DNA of 27,721 nucleotides from assembly GCF_029504745.1 (NCBI RefSeq), contig NZ_JAQFIQ010000030.1, positions 1-27,721 of the forward strand, written 5' to 3'. The notes beneath the pieces are model-generated. The model saw nothing but the letters and a program-made list of their open reading frames with translations, was not told where the DNA came from and did no database searches. Below are positions 1 to 7,500 of the stretch, in pieces; positions within the stretch are counted from its first letter, which is position 1, and each line of letters opens with the position of its first letter. The stretch is from Breznakia sp. PF5-3. GTDB taxonomy: Bacteria > Bacillota_I > Bacilli_A > Erysipelotrichales > Erysipelotrichaceae. Position numbers and translations under genes: made by a program.

Positions 1-62
1 ACTTCGTCTGCTATCCCTCGCCCTTGGCGCTTCTGAGTAAGAAATAAACTTTGCTCCTCCAT
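1..62 (-). CDS. 5' end of an unidentified CDS leaving the window (MEEQSLFLTQKRQGRGIADE...)
   Basis: ATG at 60-62 (minus) with AGGAGA 8 nt upstream. Open to the window edge. Only 20 codons are visible, so no family call is possible. Confidence 0.3.
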   Translation of the reverse strand, partial: MEEQSLFLTQKRQGRGIADE

Positions 63-180
63 AAAGTTCGTCTCCTATTCTGCCTTTAAAATCTACGATT
101 TCAGTATAGCAAAAAAAGCTGCCCTTGTGTAAAAACTGTGACATTTGGTCGGTGAAACGGTATTTTTGGTAGTATATTTT

Positions 181-218
181 AAAAAAACTACCACTTTTTT
201 TATAAAATTGGTAGTTTT
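181..218 (-). terminator. Putative intrinsic terminator downstream of the SNF2 gene
   Basis: Minus strand reads AAAACUACCA-(15 nt loop)-UGGUAGUUUUUUU immediately after the stop at 224. The stem is good but the loop is large. Confidence 0.45.
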
Positions 219-223
219 GATAT

Positions 224-3200
224 CTATCTCTTTATTAATTGCATAATATCCTCAGTAGACATTTGAGCTAAACTTCCTTTACTATCTTCAACAAAAATAT
301 CTGCCAATTCTTTTTTCCGTTGTTGAAGAGTTAAAATATTTTCTTCAATTGAATTTTTCATAACCAAGTTGAACACTTGAACATTTTTCGTTTGCCCTAT
401 ACGATGTGCACGATCTGTAGCTTGATTTTGTGCTGAAAGATTCCACCATGGATCATAATGAATAACTGCTTCTGCTTTAGTCAAATTCAATCCTACACCA
501 CCTGCTTTTAAAGATATCAGAAAAATATCAATATCACCATTTTGAAATTTTGATACTAAATCTTTACGTTTATCCTTAGAGACTTCTCCTGTAAGCACAA
601 GGAATGATATATTACGTTTATTTAATTCCTGAGAAATTAAATCCAAAATTCGAGTAAAGGAAGAGAATAACAATATTTTCTTTCCACTTTCTTTTAATGA
701 TTCAACAATTTCCATACATCCATTCATTTTTGATGACACAATATCAATATTTTCATAAAGAACTCTTGGCTCACAACAAATCTGACGCAATTCGATAAGC
801 ATCTTTAAAATTAAAATCTTATTGTTTTCTTTCTTTCCAACAAGTTCTTGTAATTCATCATGAACTTCTGCTAGCTTTGAAACATATAATTTTTCTTCTT
901 CCTTATTAAAATGAAAACTTAATGTTTTTTCTACCTTTTCTGGTAACTCTTTTAATACTTCATCCTTACGCCTACGTAATAAAAAAGGTTCTATCAGTTG
1001 CTTTAATTGCAATTGCTTTTCTTCATCTTGATTTTTCACAATTGGTGTTTCATAATTTATTTTGAAATGATGATAATTCGATAAATATCCAGGCATCAAA
1101 AAATCAAAAATTGACCACAACTCTGCCAGCGTATTTTCAATAGGTGTTCCTGTTAATGCAAATCGTACTTTCCCATGCAATTTTTTTACGGATTTTGCTA
1201 CTTTTGTAGAATGATTTTTAATATATTGAGCCTCATCCAAAAAGATATGTTGAAAAGTAATTGCATCATATTTTTCATAATCCCTACGAATATAGTCATA
1301 TGTAGTAATGATTACATCATATTCATTTGCGCTTCTAATTCTTGCTATACGTTCTTCAATCCCCCCATAAATACAACAGCTTTTCAACTCAGACGAAAAT
1401 TTCGCCAATTCATCTTGCCAGTTCAACATCAATGAAGCTGGACAAATAACAATGTTTGTTTCTCCTTTACGATATGTACTCTCCATTAATGCAATTGCTT
1501 GAAGTGTTTTTCCTAATCCCATATCATCAGCCAGGATACCACCAAATCCATATTCACTTAACAGCATTAACCATTTGACTCCATACTTTTGATAGCTTTT
1601 TAAAATTTGATCATATTTTTCTTTAATTACTAGATTATCAATATGAAGCTCTTCAAAGGTATTCAAAAAATTTGTGAAACTTTGTGTAGATGAACTGTTT
1701 ATGTTTGCTAACTTATGCACTTTCGTATCTAATTTAAAGGCATTATATAATGGCATTTCAACACTACCATTAACATCTTTTACGTCAATCTCTAAGTCAT
1801 TTAAAAATTGATCTAGTTCAATAATTTCTTGTGTTTCTAATGAAATCATATCACCATTTTTAAGCCGATGATATTGCTTCTTTCGCCGATAAGAGCCAAG
1901 AACTTCCCTCACTTCATCTGCAGTACATTCTAAGCTGCTAATATCAATTGCTAGTAAATCATTACTTACACGAACACCAACACTTAACGATAATGAATGG
2001 CTCGGGTTAAAACGTTTTAATGTATCACTGATAAATATTTCAGCATATTCTTTTAACGCTGGTAAAATTTCTTCATAAAATATATTTGTTTGTTTATCAG
2101 CCAACGGCATTACTACGTGAATAACTGGAGTTTCCATAATCGTCCCATATGCTTCTAAAGTATTAATTATACGTTGTGCCTCTAACGATAAAACTCTTTG
2201 TGGATGTGATTCCAACGCATTTTCCTTTTGACCATCTTCCCAAAGTGTATACATATGTATTGTTAGATATTCTTCTTCAATATCCCCATACAGCTGTACC
2301 TTAACCTCATTTTCTTTCATTTCTGGCTGAATTCCAATAATTTTGAGATTATCACTAAATGCATTTAATGTATACTTCGAAAACTCATCGAAATCCTCTT
2401 TTTTCACAAACAAATGACTTTTTGTCAAAGCTTCATAGAATCTAAACAATTGTCTTTGATTTGAACTTATATACCGAATAAGTACTCTTTTATCCATTTT
2501 ATAAAAATACTTATTTCCTTTTATTAATGATTCACTATCTTCTGATAACGAAAGAAAATACCCTTCATGCTCTTCATTTATATGGATAGGTAATTTAAAA
2601 TATTGCTCATCAAACTCAATATTAATACATCTTTTCGGAGCATCTTTAAACAAATCAAAAAAATCATCTATATGCTCTGTCCTAATATGTAAATATCGGA
2701 AATTGGTATAATATGCTTTATGCATATCGTTCATTACACGCTTTAAAAATGGCAATACCTGCTGTGTAAAATCATCAAAATTATTGTATGTATGTACAAA
2801 ACTCAACTTTGCTCCATATTTATGATACTCCTCATGGTCAATCAAATTAAATAGTGTACGAAAATCTTTAACCACATACATACGGTCATTACCAATTTTT
2901 GCATCTAAATAAAAACTATCCATTTCATTATAATATCCAATCTGCTTTTCAAAATAAAAATGTAATTTATATTTTTCATTTGAAGTCAGAGAATGAATAA
3001 TCGCGCCATTTTCCTCTTTCAAAATTTCTAGGAGTTCTTTACTCGCTCTTTGCTGACTCTCCAACAAAAGTCTTTGTTGCCGTTGTTCAAATGCTAGTTG
3101 TTCTTGTTTTCTTTTTTCAATCCATTGATTACTCCCAAAAAACATTTGCGATGGATTCACGAACATATTATCATTGTGTAAATCATATGGATATTTTGTT

Positions 3201-3496
3201 ATTGTTAACTCCTGAAACAATAACAAAACAGCTGCAACATGACCGCAAGCTGAATCAAACTCATGAAAACGACAATTACAAAAATGTTCAATTACTTCGA
3301 ACCTTGCATTCAAAGTAATAACAATTTCATTTTCATAACCAAAATTTATCACATTTGCAATAATTTCATATTGCATCCCATATTTTGTTACTGTAAATGA
3401 TTCAAACATTTCATATTCATCGTAGTATCGCATACCCCAATTATAATTTTTTTGATTGGGGACAACACGGAGAATTTCTTCATCTCTTATATTCAT
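224..3496 (-). CDS. SWIM zinc-finger / SNF2-family DEAD-like helicase (RapA / YwqA-like ATPase)
   Basis: N-terminal CxC...CxH SWIM motif (CNCRFHEFDSACGH). SNF2 motif I DDMGLGKTLQ, motif II DEAQYIKN, LTGTPIEN, and helicase-C block GGVGLNLTKAEAVIHYDPWWNLSAQNQATDRAHRIGQ. RBS AAGGAGAG lies before the ATG at 3496. Confidence 0.92.
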   Translation of the reverse strand: MNIRDEEILRVVPNQKNYNWGMRYYDEYEMFESFTVTKYGMQYEIIANVINFGYENEIVITLNARFEVIEHFCNCRFHEFDSACGHVAAVLLLFQELTITKYPYDLHNDNMFVNPSQMFFGSNQWIEKRKQEQLAFEQRQQRLLLESQQRASKELLEILKEENGAIIHSLTSNEKYKLHFYFEKQIGYYNEMDSFYLDAKIGNDRMYVVKDFRTLFNLIDHEEYHKYGAKLSFVHTYNNFDDFTQQVLPFLKRVMNDMHKAYYTNFRYLHIRTEHIDDFFDLFKDAPKRCINIEFDEQYFKLPIHINEEHEGYFLSLSEDSESLIKGNKYFYKMDKRVLIRYISSNQRQLFRFYEALTKSHLFVKKEDFDEFSKYTLNAFSDNLKIIGIQPEMKENEVKVQLYGDIEEEYLTIHMYTLWEDGQKENALESHPQRVLSLEAQRIINTLEAYGTIMETPVIHVVMPLADKQTNIFYEEILPALKEYAEIFISDTLKRFNPSHSLSLSVGVRVSNDLLAIDISSLECTADEVREVLGSYRRKKQYHRLKNGDMISLETQEIIELDQFLNDLEIDVKDVNGSVEMPLYNAFKLDTKVHKLANINSSSTQSFTNFLNTFEELHIDNLVIKEKYDQILKSYQKYGVKWLMLLSEYGFGGILADDMGLGKTLQAIALMESTYRKGETNIVICPASLMLNWQDELAKFSSELKSCCIYGGIEERIARIRSANEYDVIITTYDYIRRDYEKYDAITFQHIFLDEAQYIKNHSTKVAKSVKKLHGKVRFALTGTPIENTLAELWSIFDFLMPGYLSNYHHFKINYETPIVKNQDEEKQLQLKQLIEPFLLRRRKDEVLKELPEKVEKTLSFHFNKEEEKLYVSKLAEVHDELQELVGKKENNKILILKMLIELRQICCEPRVLYENIDIVSSKMNGCMEIVESLKESGKKILLFSSFTRILDLISQELNKRNISFLVLTGEVSKDKRKDLVSKFQNGDIDIFLISLKAGGVGLNLTKAEAVIHYDPWWNLSAQNQATDRAHRIGQTKNVQVFNLVMKNSIEENILTLQQRKKELADIFVEDSKGSLAQMSTEDIMQLIKR

Positions 3497-3609
3497 TTTA
3501 CTCTCCTTACTCTTTGCTATACTATTATTTTAAAATGTGATTTTTTATAATGCAACATTCTTTTCCAAATAGTAGCAAAAATTTTTTCATATATCAAAAA
3601 AATTATTTA

Positions 3610-3646
3610 CTAAAAAGAAGATTTCAATTTAATGCAATCTTCTTTT
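3610..3646 (-). terminator. Putative intrinsic terminator after the 179-aa membrane protein gene
   Basis: Minus strand AAGAAGAUU-(12 nt)-AAUCUUCUUUUUAG. 9-bp perfect stem (3636-3644 / 3615-3623) followed by a short U tract. Confidence 0.5.
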
Positions 3647-3688
3647 CTGTTAGTCTATAATATACTTTCATTACATTGATTTTTTCAA

Positions 3689-4228
3689 TCACATTTCTAT
3701 AACTGAAAATTCATGTGTTGTAGAAAGGACGTTTCTTCTTTTTTCTGGAAGCTTTTTAAGATCTTCTTGATTTTCTTTCTTCACTATAATTGGTGACTTC
3801 TCACTAATACGAAGATATTCTTTAATAATATTGTTACGTTTTTCTACATCTGTTATCGTATGATAATCTCGTTCATGAATTTCTTTTGTAAATAACATTA
3901 TTTCGTTTTCCAATTCCTTAAATTCATTTGCGCAACCCTTTAGTGTTTCACAAAATATTTCTTTTTCTTTCTTAGGCAACAAATATAATGTTACCATACC
4001 AAGTATAAATCCTAAAACCATGCATATTCGAATCATTAAATTATCATTAAAGTAAATAACTGGAAGGCTACTTAACGTTATGATCATGATAAGGATTCTT
4101 ATATTTGTCCGCTTTCTCGCTTCTGAGTGGGCTTTTTGATATACGTCTATATGCCTTTTTCGACTCCACTTTGCACGAATCAAGTATATTTCCATTTGCT
4201 CAATCATTACTTTCTTGCTATTTTCCAT
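3689..4228 (-). CDS. Small 2-TM membrane protein with SLATT/DUF4231-like layout
   Basis: RBS GAGGT 6 nt before the ATG at 4228. Basic N-terminal helix (IYLIRAKWSRKRHIDVYQKAHSEARKR), two adjacent hydrophobic helices (IRILIMIITLSSLPVIYF / MIRICMVLGFILGMVTLYLL), then a roughly 95-aa charged helical tail. The family assignment rests on topology and pattern only. Confidence 0.6.
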   Translation of the reverse strand: MENSKKVMIEQMEIYLIRAKWSRKRHIDVYQKAHSEARKRTNIRILIMIITLSSLPVIYFNDNLMIRICMVLGFILGMVTLYLLPKKEKEIFCETLKGCANEFKELENEIMLFTKEIHERDYHTITDVEKRNNIIKEYLRISEKSPIIVKKENQEDLKKLPEKRRNVLSTTHEFSVIEM

Positions 4229-4370
4229 TTTAATACCTCATCACATTTTCCATCCCTATTAAATCGTTTGTTATTGAATCGTTTTGTATATTCTAAGTAT
4301 AAAACATATATTTTATCCAACTCAAGTGTAACGATCACCTCCATATTTATCTTTCTAACCTAGTTCCCAT

Positions 4371-4440
4371 AAAAAAGACAAGACGACAAATCACTTACAT
4401 GATTAGTCAGTCTTGCCAAATTTCTTTGTTACAATCTAAC
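4371..4440 (-). promoter_or_regulatory. RAT-like antiterminator target overlapping an intrinsic terminator (leader copy 1, upstream of the 2-TM protein gene, downstream of GH84)
   Basis: Minus strand: GUUAGAUUGUAACAAAGAAAUUUGGCAAGACUGACUAAUCA-UGUAAG-UGAUUUGUCGUCUUGUCUUUUUU. The GATTGTAAC...GGCAAGAC box resembles the published RAT consensus GGATTGTTACTG..CAGGCAA(A/G)ACC. GGCAAGAC is also the start of the terminator 5' arm (hairpin 4377-4417, U tract 4371-4376). Confidence 0.7.
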
Positions 4441-4509
4441 TTTACCTATTCATACTATAATACTTCTTTATAATTATATGTTAGCATAGGAATTTTTTAA
4501 ATGCAAAAT

Positions 4510-7500
4510 TTATATGCTTTTTTTATTTTTTCTTCGCATTTTTTCAAGTAACATAAATGCTGATCCAGTTAACAAGAATAGTAGTAACATTTTGTTGGTA
4601 GCATCATTAGTTGAAGGACTTCCCTTCAACTGCAATGCTGCCTCTGCTTTTTCAAAAGCAAGTTTAGCATCTACAAATGCTGCTTCACTTGTTTGTAATG
4701 GATCTAATCCCATTAAGAAATCATACGCTTTCTTGTATTCCTCATAAGACTCTTTTGTGTAACCTGTGGCTGGCTTTAAGATGATATTATCACGATAATC
4801 TTCCATTCCACTTGCTCGTTTTTCTAAAGCAAGCAATGCTGCTTGGATGCGATTCACCATAGCAGAAATTTCCTTTTCACTTCCAGATATAAAGAGTTCT
4901 TTACTATCGTTAAGTAAATTTTCTAATTGCTTATATGAAGATACTGTATAGTTATCTTTATCTACAGTGTTTGCTAGTGCTACTTTATCTTTTAAAGCGA
5001 CAATATTTACAAGTTTGGACTTTGCATCTAATATTGCATTTGCTAGAGCTTCTTCTTCATCTTGGTTATGAGTCTTTTTAGCATCCGCAATTGCTGTAGC
5101 AAGTGCCTTATAAGAATTTTCTGTATAATCTGCAGCCTGTAATGCTTCCGCTTCTTTGATAATCGCTTCTAAATCAACCGTTGCTTTCACTTGAAGATTG
5201 CTTTTGGCACTTTGGATATCTTGTATTGCAGTTGCAATTTCTTCTTTACTTCCTGCTTCTAATAATGCTTTTCCTTTATCTATTTCTTGTTTATACGTAC
5301 CATAACTAGCTTCTGTATAGTTATCTGCATTGATGGTATCAAACTCTGCTATCACTGTCTTTAATGCACTAATATCTACCAAGTTATCAAGCGCATCATC
5401 AAATGCTTTCTGTGCTTCTTTCATATCCTTTGGATGTACTCGTTCAACGCCTGTTTTATCTTTTGCTATCAATGCTTCTAAATCACTTTTTGCATTTGTT
5501 AATGCTTCATAACTTGCTTTTGTATACTTATTTGCTTCCACAAATCCAAATTTATCCAACCCAAGTTCCGCTAATTCTCGATTTCGAATTGAGTATTCTA
5601 AAGCATCTTTAGCCGTATTGATTGCTGTAAGCAATTTATCTGCTTGTACTTGTGATAGGTTATCAACATCTTGAAGTGCTGTTTCTAACTTCGTAATTGC
5701 TTCTTCATAATTTGCATATGTTGCTATCGAATATATGGAATCTGCATTACTCAATTTATGATCCACAATTGCTTGTAATTCACTAATGTTTACTGCTTTA
5801 TCTTTGGCATTCAAACGAGCAGCTTTTAAAGCTCCTAACGCTGCATCTGCAACTTCTTGTGAAACAGAATTTTTATTCGCAATGATATTCTCTGCTACTG
5901 CTTTTGCTTCTTCATAAATTGTTTTACTATCTTTTGTCCATGTAGCTTCTGCACCTTTTGCAACCTCTGCTTCTAACTGTGATGTATCAGCTGCAGTTAT
6001 CGATTTTGTTGACATCATAATCTCTGCTATTTCAGGAACTTTATCATCCCAACTTACCGTTATTGCTACAACTGATTTAGAACTATCAAAAATGAATTCA
6101 TTGATTGCTTGATTTAAATTTCCTAGCGTTACATTTGCTCGTGTACCATCCAAATATGTAACTGCTACAGATGCATTTGAAATCTCTCCTGTTTGAACAA
6201 TTCGCATTGAACTTAACCCTTCGGGTTGTGAGATTCGATAAGTAAATGAAGTGTTTTTTGCAGATGATTTATATGTGGTAGCAAAATCTCTATCAAACAT
6301 GTTTGAAGGAATCTTATCACGTTCTTCTACTGCATCTGCAATTACATCTTTATTTGATTCTGTTGTAATGTATGCACCATCATTAATTTGAATTTCATTA
6401 AATGCTAACCAACGATGAGAATATGTTTTTAAAGGACGAATACGTAAGTATCTTCCTTTGGCATTTAATTTTGTTGCCTCTGCATACATATATCCAGGAT
6501 TTTTTGAATCATGGGTTAACCAAGCAGCATCTTTTGCTACTGAACCATCCCATACATTTTCAAATACACCTGCTTCATTAATTTTCATAAGTGGTGTCCA
6601 ATTTGTACTATTTGGATCATTTGATACTTCAAAAATACCACTACGCATATAATTCAGTTGTGTTTCATTTACATAATAACGAAGCGATGTAAAATCAATT
6701 TCTTGACCTAAATCAAAAACTATTTTTTTACTTGCATCTTGAGGTCCTGTAATTATTCCCATAGTACTCAAGTTTCCATCAAATACATTATTAACATTAT
6801 TAACATTGTTAGCATTTCGCATATCTGAAGAGCTTTCTTGTAATGCAAAATCACTCGTTACAGATTTTTCTGCAATATACATATAAGTAACTTTAAAGTT
6901 TTCAATATTCCATACTTTATTGGTATCCGATGTATTGATAACACGAATATAACACGCATCAATATCATCGTTTGCTGTATACTCTTTCCAAGTTAATGCA
7001 TTCATTGATGTTTGCAATTTAAAGCCTTCTGGCAAAGTATTTGTCTGAATGTTTTCTATCTGCTTAATGTTATCTAATTTAATACCTATATATTGATTTT
7101 GAGCAAGCAATACATTACCACTCGTTAAAAAGGCTTCTCCTTTTGTGTTTGTATTGACTAAGATACTACTATTTGTATTTGTATATAAATGTTTTGTATC
7201 TCCATCCGATGGTACTTCTTTTACTGTGAATTCAGAAATTTTTGCCCAAGATGCTCTTTTCGCAAGATTACGAATACGAATATACCGCGCTTTTGTAGCA
7301 TTCAGCTCAATATCTAATATATCTTTTCCAGATGCTGCTCCAGTGTAACTTTCATATCCATTTACAGCTGTCCATGTTATTCCATCAAGAGATGTTTCAA
7401 CTGTATAATTCATCAACTTATCACTACCGTCAGCACCAACTACAATATGCGTACTTTGTAAATTTGCAATCTTTCCTAAATCATAACCCAAGAAATCATC

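Noticed and set aside
1175-1435. Other short plus-strand ORFs antisense to large genes (1175-1435, 3091-3318, 4514-4747, 5330-5612, 6458-6652, 7145-7930, 8190-8498, 14255-14479, 14762-14956, 17641-17856, 19773-19988, 20892-21077, 21508-21699, 10884-11075, 11691-11981, 26615-26803, 27196-27429, 4127-4363)
   Set aside because: All are fully or largely embedded antisense in well-supported minus-strand CDSs or leaders, lack SD sequences, and have biased nonsense-like composition typical of AT-rich shadow frames.
3497-3609. Promoter for the SNF2 helicase gene
   Set aside because: Several AT-rich hexamers (TTGCTA, TTGCAT, TATAAA) are present, but no pair has acceptable 16-18 nt spacing. No call was made.
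4510-4625. Canonical LPXTG sortase motif at the C-termini of the three giant proteins
   Set aside because: All three tails were read and none contains LPXTG. They are therefore annotated as a TM anchor or possible non-canonical signal, not as LPXTG wall anchors.
6785-6811. In-frame 9-nt tandem repeat (AAT AAT GTT x3, encoding NNVNNVNNV) in the GH84 gene as a possible phase-variation tract
   Set aside because: There are only about three units. The unit length is a multiple of three, so slippage would not switch the gene off. It lies in an inter-module linker. It is too short to support a contingency-locus claim.
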